Source: Sphyrna mokarran (lineage: Eukaryota). Taken from it: a stretch of 64,000 nt of DNA. Under the pieces are notes generated by a model. That model saw only the letters and a program-made list of their open reading frames with translations. It was not told the DNA's origin and did not search any database. The stretch spans positions 40,424,001-40,488,000 of the forward strand of contig JAGIQG010000016.1 in NCBI GenBank assembly GCA_024679065.1. Direction: 5' to 3'. This document shows, one piece after another, positions 1 through 13,285 of the stretch. Both the position numbers and the translations under genes were made by a program. The first letter of the stretch is position 1, and each line of letters begins with the position of its first letter.

Positions 1-79
1 ATCCCTGTAATCCTGCCCATTTCCATGGCTAATCCACCTAATCTGCACATCTTTGGACTGTGGGAGGAAACCGGAACAC
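1..79 (-). mobile_element. HE1/V-SINE-like fragment truncated by the window edge
   Basis: Reverse complement of the core CCGGTTTCCTCCCACAGTCCAAAGATGTGCAG. Confidence 0.8.
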
Positions 80-269
80 TTCAAGATTCCACAACTACTT
101 TGCAACGTTCCATCTGTGTCCTTCAAATTAACTTTCAGAACCTTTTTGCGTTTGCTTGTTAACAGATTAACAAGGTTTCAGCATAAAGTGTTATCATTCT
201 AATTCACTCTCCAGAATACTAAGTATAAAGTGATTTTCACTCTCTTCCCCAGAGACCAATAGAGACAGG

Positions 270-441
270 GTTATGGAATATTTTTCAGGCTGAATTGGAC
301 AGATCCTTTACTAAGAAGGGAATTAAAGGGTGAGGGGCAGGGAGGAAAGTAGCACGAAGGCCACAATCAGATCAGTCATGATCTTATTGAAATGCAGAAC
401 AGGCTTGAGCAGCTGAACCATCTGCTGCTGATCCTTATGTT
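270..441 (+). mobile_element. CR1 LINE 3' end, degenerate
   Basis: AGATCAGTCATGATCTTATTGAA...GGCTTGAG tail shared with other CR1 3' ends in the window. Confidence 0.7.
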
Positions 442-1540
442 TGGATGGTTATATCAAGCTTTTAGACAGTTGCAAGCATTATGAATGGAGAACTGCATTT
501 TTTTTTTTGCTGCTGACCACAAAATCCGGGCCACAGATTTGCTATAGATAACTGATGCTAATTTTACAATTGCTGGTACTGTCAGTGATATGTCAGCACT
601 AGAATTTTTAAAATTGTAGATCACAGCTTTTTAAGTGGCCAGTGATATTATAAATTTTTGGCCTCGTGAAGAGTCATGTTTAAAACTAATCATCAACTGT
701 CATTTGTTGCAATATTTGATTTTTGCCTATTCCTTCCCCGAGAAAGATCCTCCACACACATTAAATGAAATTCTTTAATTTATACAGCTTCTTGTTCCAA
801 ATGCTTCACACAGTTACTTATTTTGACATGCATTGCTTTCTGTCCGAGGCAAATGTGGCCATGCTACAAATGAGTCCGCACTAGCAGCGTATTTGTTTAG
901 AGTCGCCACTTATGTAATTTCTCCAGCAGTTGTATACTCAATATCAAGTTAAATAACGGCAATGGCATGACCCTGGCACAAGATACTAACACCAATTGTT
1001 TGCACTAGAAACTGTAATCTCTGCATGTTGCCACTTTTTTTATTTCTCCATTTTTTTATGAACTGAATATTACTCCAATGAGACAGGTTCAATTGTAAAT
1101 TAATGTATGTAATACGAATTAATGCAATAGATTCAGTAAGTTTTTTTTGTCACTACTTGTTTCAGATACATGCTTTTGCTCATGATGGGACTTAAATCAC
1201 TTAAGTATGAGCAGTTTCTTCACGGCTTAAAATAATCCCTTTCAGTAGCCAAGATACTCATTTACTCTGACTTGTTTTTTAATTTTTTTTTTTTGCTCTG
1301 TGTGCTATAGATTGGCTTTCTAGGTTGCCAACGGAAGTTATCAAATTCAATGCAGGACTTCCCCTGTTCATTCAAGCCACACAATGTCAACACTCACTGA
1401 GCATAGCAGATTAAACTGTGCACTGAAATCTGTGCCAGAGATTGTGTCTGTCTGATTGGTACCTGTGCAGTCAAAGCCTTAATGAGGAATCAACACTTGT
1501 TCAGCAATGTTGGAGACGATGGTGAAAGGGAAGACCAAGA

Positions 1541-1797
1541 CGTGACACCGTGTTTAGCACTGCTGCCTCTCAGTGCCAGGGACCTGGGTTTGATTCCTGG
1601 CTTGTCACTGTGTGGAGTTTGCACATTCTCACCACGTCTGTGTAGGTTTCCTCCAGGTAGTCTGGTTTCCTTCCAGTCTGAAAGCGTGCTGATTTGGGTG
1701 CATTGACCTGAACAAGCATCAGTGTGGTGACTAAGGGAATTTAACAGTAGCTTCATTGCAGTGTTAATGTTAGTCTTACTTGTGACTAATAAATAAG
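1541..1797 (+). mobile_element. tRNA-derived V-SINE, tail class B
   Basis: A/B-box-like head (TTAGCACTGCTGCC...GGGTTTGATTCC), V core, tail CTTCATTGCAGTGTTAATGT...CTAATAAATAA. Confidence 0.85.
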
Positions 1798-3000
1798 ATT
1801 TATCTTTGGTGGTAGATTTGCACTATAAACCAAATAAGGCATATTGCACAGTGTGGAACATAATTGCAAAATTTCCTCCCCATCTGCACCTCTTTGCATC
1901 AGTGTTCCCCCATATTAGGAAGTGACAGGACTTCATAAAAATATTGAATAGCCTTTAAGCAGTTATGAAAGGGCCTTTCCCAAAACGCCAGGTGTCCTTT
2001 ACTTTTTTAGCAAACAATACCAATGACTAGATTGTTTGCAGATACTAGACTGAACGATGAGAGTTAAATTTAGCTATTTAATACTTGCCATGTGATATTA
2101 TCATTTAACATGTCGGTGAATTGCTTCACGTCTCAAATTCTGACACACGTTCTGCTTCAGAAGGTTTTGAAATGTTTTTGAATACCATGCTGGCTAACAG
2201 GCAATGGAGGATACCAGAGCTTTCCTCAGTTTGGAGTTGCACATCGTATTCCATACAGTATAAATGTGGCAAAATTGCATGCACAAAATCACTCATTCAA
2301 TTTTGAATTGAAGGAAAGAAAGCACATGATTTGGATTTTAGCTGGAAAATCTTATGGAAATGTACCAGATTAATAAAACTATTTTCATTACTCTACAGAC
2401 TGGGCGAGTACATTGTAAAAGCTACCACATGACACATTTCAATAAGTGTACATTTCATGAAATGGATTGCATTTTGAAAAGGATTTTTTAATTGCGGGGA
2501 GGGAGTTTAGAAATCAAAATTGTAGGGGCAAACAGAGTCACTGTCAAATTGGTATCATTATATTTCATATTTTTGAAATTAATGCATCGAGTTTTAGCTT
2601 GCCTATGATGTGCTTTGAACTATATCCTTCAACTCCACATGAAATTTATTAGTGTTTAAGTGTGGCAGTATTCGTGGTATGAACTGTAACTTGTGAACAA
2701 TGTCACAAGGCCAATCAATCTCTTTGTAGAATGTAAGCCATGTTCAGCATTATTTGATGTGTTTGGTTCACACTTTTTTAAGAATTTCAAAGTCATTTTT
2801 GTACTGACTAATGAAGTACCCTTTTTTCATTTTGGAGACTTGGAGATCCAATGCTAATGTCAAATTTTCTTGGTTAAGTGCTAAGTTCTTTACAGCTCCT
2901 TACCAATGTACCTAATAAAAGTTTGCTTATTTACAAACTTTTTTGTTAGCAGGCATTCTGCCCATATTAAATCAAACACTGGCACTAATACAAGAGTGTA

Positions 3001-3232
3001 GTACTGCAGATTCTGGAAATTTTAAAAATGATGCTGGAACTTATCAGGTCTGACTCATTTGTGAGGAGATAAAACCAAGTTGACATTTTAGGTCAATGAC
3101 CTGCCTCAATTCTGAGAGGCACTGACCTGAAATATCAGCACTAACAACAGTCATCAACCTGAAACACTACCTTTGTTTCTCTCCAACAGATAAACCAGAC
3201 CTGTCGATTATTTGAACAGTTTTTGTTTTCAA
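3001..3232. mobile_element. Penelope-terminus-derived hairpin repeat, degenerate
   Basis: Inverted arms (CAGGTCTG...TTTAGGTCA versus ACCTGAAAC...CAGACCTG); same family as 42283-42507. Confidence 0.6.
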
Positions 3233-4284
3233 ATATAAACATTGTTTACTTACCACAGCGAGGTGTAATCATTGATATCCGTTCATTAAGTTTCAGTGCA
3301 ATAGGCTGCAACAATAAATGTAATTCATTACATTAAATTATCCCCATTAAAATTATACTCAATTAATTGTACTTGCAAATTTAATCGCTTAGTTAGCCAT
3401 CCTGGATTGATGGATTTTTTAAACTTTAATGCAGTTTTGTTTCTTTGATTGCCATGCTTGGACTTTCAAGCATCGTTAAATAACGTTGTAATATTTTCAA
3501 ATATTGTTAGATATTTTTGGAGCATATTGATGTGATTTGCAAATTCTACAAATGACCAAATACTAGGCTCAGAACTTTCCATTGTTGAAGTGCTAGTTCA
3601 CAATGTTAACGTGCAATAAAATGTATTGATCTGAAGTTAGATGCTAGTTAATCAGCCAACATTAGTGTCTGGTGGTGATTAAATCTTTAATGATATTTCC
3701 TATTATGCATTTATTTGAATAATGAAGTCACAAAATATGAGCATTCTTACTGGGATTAGGTTATGGCACATTTTCTACTTAGACTCCTGTGGTTCAGTGA
3801 GTGACCTTTTCAATCTCTCAATTGAGGTGGATAGTTAGGGTAGATTCCCAGTTGCTACATTCAATGTTCTTGGCATAGACAGGAAATACCAGAGGTACAA
3901 TTGACCTTTTGTGCCCCAGGTTAACAGAAAGGAGGAAAAGTTGCCATGGGAATCTGGAATAATATAAGGGTGTGGATTTTACAAAGGGAAGTGGTTCCAC
4001 TGTTATTTGCTATCATTATTACTTCTCTGAAACTTGCAACTCCAGGATATAATGCACCTGCAGATTAGCATGAAAGTTGCAATTTGTCACTCAGTGCTCC
4101 ATGAGAGGCTGTGCTTGGACCCCCCCCCCACCACAAGCCAGAAAGCGTTGAGGTTAATGAGAATCTCTCTTTGTCCGCATTCATATCACTTATTTAGAAA
4201 CCCTTTAAAATGTTGCCCATTTTTCAGTTGGGTGTAACTGGGTCTTTCAAGGTGATGTAAGTACACTTATAAAAAAGATTGGGT

Positions 4285-5590
4285 GTTGTAGGCAAGGCAT
4301 GAACTTACTGCCTATCCCTAATTGCCGTGGAGAAAATGGGGATGAACTGCAGCCCATATGATGCAAGTACACTCTTAGGAAGGGAGTTACAGGTTTTTGA
4401 ATCTGTGATAGTTCCATGTGGCTAGGTGAGTGGCTCGGAGCAGAACCTACAGGTATGTTGTGTTTACATGCATTTTTTTTCGTGATAGGATTTGTGGAAT
4501 TGGATTATGTTGGCAGGTTGCTATAATGCATCTTGTAGATGAGGAATATTGTTGTCTCTGCACCAGTAGTGGAGGAAGTAAATATTTATGGATAGTTTTG
4601 GCCAAATGAGTTTTTTGTCTTGGATGGTGACAAGATTCAAATTTTGGGAATTGCACATTGAATGTATTCAATCATGCTATCAACTTGTTTTATGTCGATT
4701 AATGAATAGACTTTAGGTGGAAGTGGTCACTCACCACAGAAGTGATCAGGAAATAGTCACAGTATTTCCTAGCTGCTCCCTGCAACTCTTAAGTTGGTGT
4801 CCTTTTCTCTAATCGTTATATTTTAACTTCAGTCAGTGGGCATTTTTCAGTTTCCTATTTCCGAACTAGTTGTCTTGGGATCTCTTTTCCTGTCCCACTC
4901 CCTGGTTCCGGACCTGCATAAAGGGACCTGCTCTCCATACTATAGTCCTTTTTGAAAATCTTCAGAATGGCATTCCTCTAAGTCATCTGACTTCTTTGCA
5001 CTGTTTCACTTCTGCACGGTGCAAAGCTGGCTTCCTCACCTGAATATATGGAAAGCAATGAACTCTTTGTATCCCAACCTAAAACACAAGCTACTCCCTA
5101 ACAAGAACAGATCCCAAAGATTGTAAAGAATGAACTGCATGTTTGCAGTCATTACACAGCTAGTGCATGTGCAGAAACCCCCGGGGCCTGCTGGGAACTG
5201 GACTTACTGGCCTCCAAATTCTGAACTTTGATTTTCCTTGCATTCCATTGCAGTGATTTCGATTTTGATCAGGTTTCTGGATGCTATATCAAGGGCAATC
5301 TTTTCACTTCAATGGTTCAACACTTCTTGTTTGGTTCAAGGCTGTAATGAAATCTGGAGCTAGGAGGCCTGGGTGCCTGTCAGCATGTTCTTGCTGAGTA
5401 AGTGCCATTTGATTACACTGTTGATGGTACCTTTCATCACTTTCCTGTAATTGAAAATGAACTGATGAGGGGAGTGGGGGTAATTAACTGAATTAGTCCT
5501 GCTTTTTTTTTTGGACAGGGTATATCTGGGCAATTTTTCAGTGTTGAGTAGGTATCAGTCTTTAACTGTACCAGAACAGTGCAGCTAAGG
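4285..5590 (-). mobile_element. Old CR1-group LINE fragments (patchy, about 4285-4760 and 5290-5590)
   Basis: TGCCTATCCCTAATTGCC...TTAGGAAGGGAGTT motif shared with 20960, 28670 and 57585. Confidence 0.5.
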
Positions 5591-5597
5591 GCACGAT

Positions 5598-5835
5598 CAA
5601 AGTTAAAAGTTTGTTTATTTGTCATAAGGCTTACATTAACACTGCGATGAAGCCTAGTCAGCACACTCCAACATCTGTTCAGATCAGTGCTCTGAACCAG
5701 CACATCTTTCAGACTGTGGGAGGAAACCCACGCAGACACTGAGAGCATGCAAACTCCACACAGAAGTGACACAAGCCATGAATTGAACCCAGGTTCCTGG
5801 TACCATGAGCAACAGTGTTAACCACTGTGCAGCCA
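5598..5835 (-). mobile_element. V-SINE, tail class B
   Basis: Reverse complement of head, core and TTACATTAACACTGC tail. Confidence 0.85.
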
Positions 5836-6584
5836 AGCTGTTAGTCCTGCAGCATGAGTCTCGCTGTAGCTGGGATGTGGTCAGGGCCCATAACCTTTGC
5901 TGAATCTGATGTCTTCAACCTTTCTCCATATTAGTTCCGTAATATATGGGGAATATTAGCTATATTGTATTGCTATACGACCTGAAATCAAATTATATTT
6001 GTGGACTGTTGTTCTATGAAATCATTATGATCAATTAGATTTTTAAACTTTTTTTAATGTTGCCACTTCTTCACCCAGTTTGTATGTCCCCAATCTTTGA
6101 TCTGCACATTACAAAAATAAAACTAATTTTATTTTTGTGCCTTCCGTTTTCCTGGTTGGGTGTGTGCAAATGATTCATTATAACTGGCTGCTTGGATAGC
6201 TTGATGGTATCACTGCTGTTCTATGAATGTGTAGTTTTAAAAAAACTGCAATCTTTGCAGAATGAGGAAGTTAAGTTTTCACCACAACATTGCTAAACGT
6301 GTATGAGAGCAAGTGTTCTTGTATGCCACTGACTGCAAATTCCTCTGACTTCACGAGAATGTAATGCCAATGTTGAAACAAAGCTGATATATGCAGGGTT
6401 AAATTTAACATTGAAAGAGAGAGATCTATGATGAAAACATTGATACCTGGGGCGACACAGTACTAAGGATAGACTTGGTAGGTGACAAGTACCCAGTGAC
6501 GGATAATATCCAGATGATGAAAGAATCCGATATGCAAAGAGATCACTGCTGCTTACTTGTACAAAGAACACGTCTTGAGCTCTT

Positions 6585-8750
6585 TTTTCCTTTGGCATTG
6601 TCTTTGGATTGAGATGGATTCGCTTCCATTGGGCGGGGGTGGGGGGGGCAGATTGGTGGTAGTGCTGAATTGTCCAATCCTGGAGCCACAGTGTATTGCA
6701 GGTGGTATTTGATGAGGTGAGTGGGTGAGACACTCTAGTTTCTGTGCTGTTTTTCCACTGTGCACACTTGGCCTCCAAGTACTCCACCTGGTGACACTCA
6801 GTTGTTGGTGCCTTTGCGAATACTACTTCTCCAGTTAAATTTTTATTTATTGGCCACAAATAAGACTTACATTAACACTGCAATGAAGTTGCAGTGAAAT
6901 TCCCCAAGGTGCCACAGTCAGGCACCTAGTTGGGTCAAAGCACCTAACCAGCACATCTTTCAGAATGTAAGAGAAATCTGGAGCACCTGGAGGAAACCCA
7001 TGCAGACACGCGGAGAATGTGTAAAGTCTGCATAGACAGTGACCCAAGCCGACAATTGAACCTGGGTCCCAGATGCTTGAAGCAACAGTGCTGCCCCAGT
7101 TTGTGTGTTTTAGAGCAAGCATTCCCATGTGTCAGTGGGGATGTTATACACACTTAGGGAGGCTTTCAGTGTCCTTATGGTGTTGCATCTGCTCTCGTAA
7201 TGAGCACTTGCTGTTGCAGAGATCAGTGTAGAGCACTTGTTTAGGGAGTCCTGTATTGGGCGTGTGGACAATGTGGCCCACTCATTGCAGCTAGTCAAAG
7301 ATACCTGGTACCTTGATACTGAGAATATTAATCTGGGAGAGAATGCCCACATTGGTATATCTGTCCTGCCAATGTTTTGTAGGATTTTGTAGAGGCAACG
7401 TTGATGTTATATCCAGGGATTTAATGTGTCTTTTGTACATTGCCCATCTTCTGAAGCATACGGTGGGGTAGGAATCATGGCTGCTCATGACTACAGAGTG
7501 TCTCAGATTTCCCAGCATGGTCTCTTCCTTCTAGTTAACAGGAGAGATATGTTTTAGTATTTGAATGAGGATTCCATCTACACAAGAGGCCTGTCTTTCA
7601 GCTGTCAGATGGCTTTTTCAACCTCGCAGTGAGCTAGATTGTGTGGAGATGGTGGCAGGGAATGTGTAGGGCTGTACCTTTGGTTGAGGAGGTCCTTGAA
7701 GTACTGCCTTCACTGGACATTGGATACCTCTTTGATGTTAAGCACTCCTCTATTTTTGGCTTTCAGTGGGTGGGTCCCTGGGTACTCAAGCCATAAGTGG
7801 TTTTAATTGTGCCGAAAAAAAAGCTGTGCTTGTTATGGATATTGGCAAGTTGGTTTCCACCTAATTAATTATTTAGGTCACGGGTTATTTGTTGCACCTT
7901 GGCTTTCAGTTGCTATAGGTTTGTTTCCTCCTGATCAAGTTTAGGTGGCGATGCCAGTTGAGAGAAGCTGTGTGTTTGTGGTCAAAAATGATGCTGAATT
8001 TCCTGATGTGCCCACTGATCCAGTTTCGATTCCTGGTTGGGATATCGAACATCTCCATGCAGTTGCTAATTATGGTGGCTTTTAGGGTGGACCAGCTGTT
8101 GTGGACATTACGGCTCTGGCTCAGCAGTGGCTTCCAGATTAGTTGAGGTATTGGTTTAGTCGATCTTGCTTCTCAGTCTTTTGAATCCAGTGATTTAATG
8201 CTCCTGTGGCAGAATTTTTTTCTACCTCTGCCAGTTTGTGGCCATGTTGGTGGAGTTGGGAGAATAAATTAGTGAGTTATTCATTCAGCAGTCATCAGCT
8301 CCAGCCATAGCGTGGGTGAGGTAGACTTCTTTGCATTCCTTCCCTAGATAATGGCATACGTCTGTTAGATGTCCATTTTGGAGTGGTAGTGTTGCCATGT
8401 GATCTTGTACTTGCTCCTCTGACAGAACATTATGACCAGATTATTTTTCCAGCCACTTTCCCAGAAGGAAGCCTGTGTATGGATTCTTGTAACGCAATGT
8501 GGGATGGCTGATGCGCATCAACTGCCATGCTTTCTCAACAAAGAATGGTCTTCGTTCAAGAGCAGGGAGATTGGAGATAACTGGAGACCTGGCTCTGTTG
8601 TAGGACAGGAACTCACAACTGCTAATCGTGGCAGGCAGCTGGCTTCTCCTCAGGAGCAGAGGCTAGCCTGGTGAGCTGCTGTTCTTGTTTGCTCTCTATG
8701 ATATCGGAAACTGTTTCATGGCAATGTTCTGTGCAAGAATGCTGTTCCCA
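6585..8750 (-). mobile_element. RTE-clade LINE relic (ORF2 C-terminal part, frameshifted), interrupted by a SINE
   Basis: Minus-strand peptides WAMYKRHIKSL, HWQDRYTNVGILSQINILSI, TLKASLSVYNIPTDTWE and CGSRIGQFS are typical of the RTE ORF2 C-terminus. Far boundary is uncertain. Confidence 0.75.
6835..7097 (-). mobile_element. V-SINE, tail class B, inserted in the RTE
   Basis: Full head, core and tail; RTE reading continues on both sides. Confidence 0.85.
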
Positions 8751-10654
8751 GGCTGTGAACTAAGATATGGACTGCTAATGATTTTTTTATTCATTGTGCG
8801 TTATGTGGACTTGTGCTTAATTATTTGTTCCAAAGAGTAAACATGTGCATACCTAAGACTGAGAACTGAATGTTTTGGTTTAAAATGGAGAGAATGTGAG
8901 CAGCTGCAGTACTGGACCTTGGACATGAGAGAGAATTAATTCAGACAGGGTTTTTAAATGTTTCCCAGGTTTGAAATATCTTATGTTCTTTTTCCCTGTT
9001 GAAGATTATCTGGATTACAGGATGTTATTTTATGGGATGTTTGCTGTTGAATCTTTGAACCAATGAAGGCCCATGCTAAAAAGAGTAAATTGGCTTAGTG
9101 AAATTTTTAAACCAAAATATAAACAGTTGATTTAAAAACCAATCTGAGGTGAAATAGCTAACAAATTCTCTTCTCCGCTCTTCCAATATTTCCTTCTGTT
9201 ATTCAACACTTTTTTTTCTTGCTGGCACCCCTTGGAGACACAACGTATGTATGTAGCCACAGTTACAAAGTGTGGCTCTTTTTATTTTGACGTGTCATTA
9301 GCAATCTCTAAGTCTACACTTTACTCTTGGAGGCTGACCTAGAATTGATCATCTTTACCTGAGGCACTGTATTATTAGTATGGTTAAAATCTGTGTTGAG
9401 AATTGCCATCGTGCTGTCACAGGATCATTTCAAGTTTCCTTTGAGGGTCATTGGGTTCTTTTGGTCTATTGTACACTTTATGCAATCTCCTTTCCAAATT
9501 TGCTATCAAATCTATTTACTCCATTTCTAGTGATTGTTCCAGATGGTAACTCAGTGTTTTATAGGCAGAAAAAAAAATCAAGTTCTTTCCTGGATGTTTT
9601 GCCAGTTGTTCTACATCCATCTCTTATTACCAATACTGCTATTGGAAACATTTTCTCCAAACCTACTTTGCTAAAGCCCTTCAAATCTTCCATCAATTTT
9701 CTCTTTCAGGAGTAAAAGTTTATCATATCTATCTACGTAACTAAATTCCTTAATCTTTGGTGACATTCTAATAAAGTAGCTCTCCATCCTTCCTAAATTT
9801 TGGAGTTTAGAATCAAATGCCTAAATAGTGACTTGTAAAAGTTTGCCTTTCAATTTGCTGCTTTGTTCATTTTGTTTTGTGCATGAATTGGGTATAATTG
9901 CAAATTTCTCATGTTCATTACTCATTAACTGAGGGAGTGGTTTGTGTTTATGTATTGGTCCTACATTCCCCAATTCAGAATGTTATCAGCTAAAGATGTA
10001 AATGCCCCATCTCAAAAGAGAAATGAGAGAAACTTAACTGTTGAGCTGCTTACTGATCCCCAAAACAATTAGTCAAGTGAATGCTTGCTGTCCCAAAATT
10101 CCTTCATTTTTAAGGCAGTTAGGCAAGTGTGTGGATGCCTTCCCTGAGACTGGAGCTACACTTTACTGATACATTGAGGCTTATGGTGGCATCAGATTTC
10201 TTCAAGAGAAGACTAATGGTATGCCCTAGGTACTGATATAAACTCTTGTTCTCTAGATGCCAGCTGTTATGAACTCTTCCAATGTCTCTCTTTTTGTTTC
10301 CTTGACTCTTTAAGAATTGGAACTTTTTTCACTCCCTTTTGAGTTGTGTTTACGTCTTCCTGGGTGTCTTCCTCAATGACTGCTGTTAGATAGCCATAGA
10401 TTCCCCATAATCCTCATTTAGTTGGCAGAGATCAGGAACGTAATGCACAGAGTCTGAAACTTGAGCGTGCACCCTGTTAGTCTGCACCTGTTTTTGAATC
10501 TGTATTATTGGACTTGAGTTGTATGTTTTTGATTTTAATGAGGTACTTGATTTATTTCTAAATTCAGCTGTTGCTCTTTATCTTAATTGAAACTGCAATT
10601 CCCAGTTATGCAATTTTGCTGAACTGTAATTGTGCACTTTGTTTTCTTTTCCAG

Positions 10655-10789
10655 TAAACACGTATCTATTTATGATGCAAGCCCAAGGCATCATGATCAG
10701 AGAGAGTGTGAAAACAATGGGATCCCAAATGTATGAGCAGGTGGTTCGTGGCACTTACGCCAAGATGAACAGCAGCCTTAATGGTACAG
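10655..10789 (+). CDS. B4GALT5: B4GALT5 coding exon 2 (stem region; (V)NTYLFMMQAQGIMIRESVKTMGSQMYEQVVRGTYAKMNSSLNGT)
   Basis: Acceptor ttttccag and donor G|gtattt; 135 nt. Translation matches recalled vertebrate B4GALT5 (VNTYLFMMQAQGI...QVYEQV), including the segment absent from B4GALT6. Confidence 0.95.
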
Positions 10790-11249
10790 GTATTTATGCA
10801 GTAGCCATGGTAACAAATTAAAATGGAGAAATATATTCTGCTTGTGAAGAATAACTGATTTCTGTTGAACATTTATAGATATTGTACACCTGAGAAGAAA
10901 AATATCTTTACAAATAGTTATTTGGTTTCTGAATTTGAGTATTGTTTTGGGAGGGGGGGGGGGAAGATGTATTGAAACTTTCATCTTGCACTTATCAAGT
11001 CATTTGTAAGGATACCAAATATAAAGGAACAGTAATTTATATTTCATGAGAAGAGAGTGCTAATTGATATGTGGACACTGGCAGAGGCATTGCAAACACG
11101 TTTGATATTAGTTGTAAATGTTGTAATGAGTGCAGACCAAGTTTGTCTTTTTTTTCAGTGATAATAAAATTCCTTTAGTAGAATAATTTTCCATATTAAA
11201 TACTATTTGTCAATGACTTTGCAATCTAATAATTTATTCATTTGCTTTG

Positions 11250-11642
11250 GTAGCACTTTTGCTTCTCATTTATTTAAGTTGAGATCTAAAGTCAATTCAT
11301 TCATGTGAGCACCTAATCTGGATGTCACTTCAGTGTGATACTAGCAATGTTATGCATTGATGGTGGTGCCAGTTTTTGGCTGATGTTAAAACCAAAGCTC
11401 TGTGTCTGTTCATGCTGACATAAGCGATCTCCTGGCACCATTCGAAGAAGAGCTGGGATGTCGCCATGTCCTGGCAAGCAGTGTATACCATCTATTTGTC
11501 AGCAACCTGATATGAAATCTTGCTATGTGCAAATGGTTATTGTTTTATTCCCCTAGATAAGTAACTGCACATCAAAAGGTAAAGTTCTTTGCGAGTTTTG
11601 GAAGGTGTAGTCAGGTGTAAGTAAACACAAGGTCATTTTTCA
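11250..11642 (+). mobile_element. Deu-domain SINE relic (SacSINE1/AmnSINE-like)
   Basis: GATGTTAAAACC...GATCTCCTGGCACCATTCGAAGAAGAGCTGGG...GTCCTGGC...CTTGCTATGTGCAAATGG resembles the recalled DeuSINE central domain and tail. Confidence 0.6.
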
Positions 11643-12059
11643 TGCTTTGTAGAAGAGTTGAATACATTTGTATAGTCTGCTAAAGGCACAAAGTCATGTG
11701 CTGCAGCTTGAGAAGTACTGAAAGATGGCAGACCATATAGTGCACTAATATTTTGAATGCAAAATATGTAGCACTTCATATCACGTTATTTCCCCTGAGT
11801 ATTTTGGTTTTTGTCATCCATGCAATTTACTGAAAGATGGAGAAAAAAACAAAATAACAAGGGGGATTATTCCCTGAAGTTTCTTTCCAAATCCCTCAGG
11901 TGATCAAAAACAATTCAGGAGATCACATAGATCAAGTGTTATCTATAAAGGCACTTGGCCTCCAAATAATGTGATCCTGGCTTAAGTCAAGAACTGGTGC
12001 TATTATCTCTTGAAGAATTGGCACCCAGTACACCTGAAAATCAGTAATCTCTGGGAAAT

Positions 12060-12303
12060 ATTTGAGACGGAGAAGAGGATAATCTTTTGTTCTGTCTGTT
12101 CAGTGTGTGGAATTCTCGTCCTTAAAACAGTGAAGGCTGGGTCATTGAATTTATTTTAAGGCAGAGTTACATTCTTGATGAGGGAGTCCAAAGTTATGTG
12201 CAGTTGGGGGTGGAGTGAAGACCACAAGATCAGCCATGATCTTGCTGAATGATGAACGAGACTCAAAGGTCTAAATAGCTTACTCCTACTCCCAGGTCCT
12301 ATG
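12060..12303 (+). mobile_element. CR1 3' end
   Basis: TGGAATTCTC...AGATCAGCCATGATCTTGCTGAATG...ACTCCTACTCC. Confidence 0.75.
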
Positions 12304-12991
12304 ACATCTGTCCCATGAAACGAATAACTGCCTAGCATTATGTCTGTAGGCCAATGGATTCATTAGCTAAATCTAGTAAATTTTCAGTGCATTGTTTTTC
12401 AATCTAATATGAATGTATTCCTTCCCCATGGAAAATTTTAAACTGGATCAGAAGGTTGATGTGTTTATTCAGGTTGCCATCTGTGTACTCTGAGGAACTA
12501 CAGCTTTAATGCAAATTAAGTTGCAGCCTGGAAAACTTTTATATATCGTGTTTGCTTTGTTTTTTAAAGAATTAAATTTTAAGCTTTATCTAATATTTCC
12601 ATGTTCTCATATTAAAAAAAAGTCATCTTGTGCTCAGTTTCTAACTAAATAGAGAAGAGGGAGGATGTGTTGGAATTATAGAGCCAGGTCTTGGTTGCAA
12701 AATGCAATATGTTTGCAGAATTCTGGCTTCAGTGCAAGTTAATTGTGTATCAAGTCTGACATTCATATAACATTGTGTTGACAAATCATAAGCTATTATT
12801 CAGGCTTGGGATTGCTGCAGTTTATTGTCTCATTTGGTATGATGTTAAACATGACGATTTGGTTTCACAAGCAGCTCCTAGGTCATGCATTCAGTTTCTG
12901 TTGTTTCACAATTCCTCTTTTTGAGTTTATTTCATTAGAGGTTTTGACTTTGTACATTGGCAAACATTAATAAAGAGTTTAACGAAGTTTT

Positions 12992-13285
12992 ACAGTGGCA
13001 GTCAGCGCTGCTATCAGGGATCCAGATTTGACTCTGGTCATTGACTGTCTATCTGTGTAGATGGGTATGTTCTCTCTGTATCTACATGGGTTTCCTTCAA
13101 ATGTCCCAGTTTCCTCCCACAAAGTACAAGTAAATGAGGTCAATTGGCTATGCTAAATTTCCCCTTAGTGTCCAAAGCTGTGTAGATTCGGTGGATTAAT
13201 CATGGTAAATACACAAAGTTATGAGTCAATTGCTCTTTTGGAGGATGAGTGCAGACCTGAATGGCCTCTTTCCATTGATCCTATG
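12992..13285 (+). mobile_element. HE1-like V-SINE, tail class A, diverged
   Basis: Core CAGTTTCCTCCCACA...TTGGCTATGCTAAATT, CR1-type tail GTGCAGAC...GAATGGCCTC. Confidence 0.75.

Noticed and set aside
1285-1480. Cryptic exon or enhancer in intron 1 (T-tract plus TAG, CCAAT and ETS-like motifs)
   Set aside because: No convincing donor or reading frame, and the motifs are too short to support without conservation data.
6293-6859. Longest ORF in the track (188 aa) as a novel gene
   Set aside because: Runs through a SINE tail and a frameshifted RTE C-terminus; no independent coding evidence.
10801-10814. RFX X-box GTAGCCATGGTAAC just after exon 2 (similar motif at 48556-48569)
   Set aside because: The degenerate consensus is expected about once per 64 kb by chance; no supporting promoter context.
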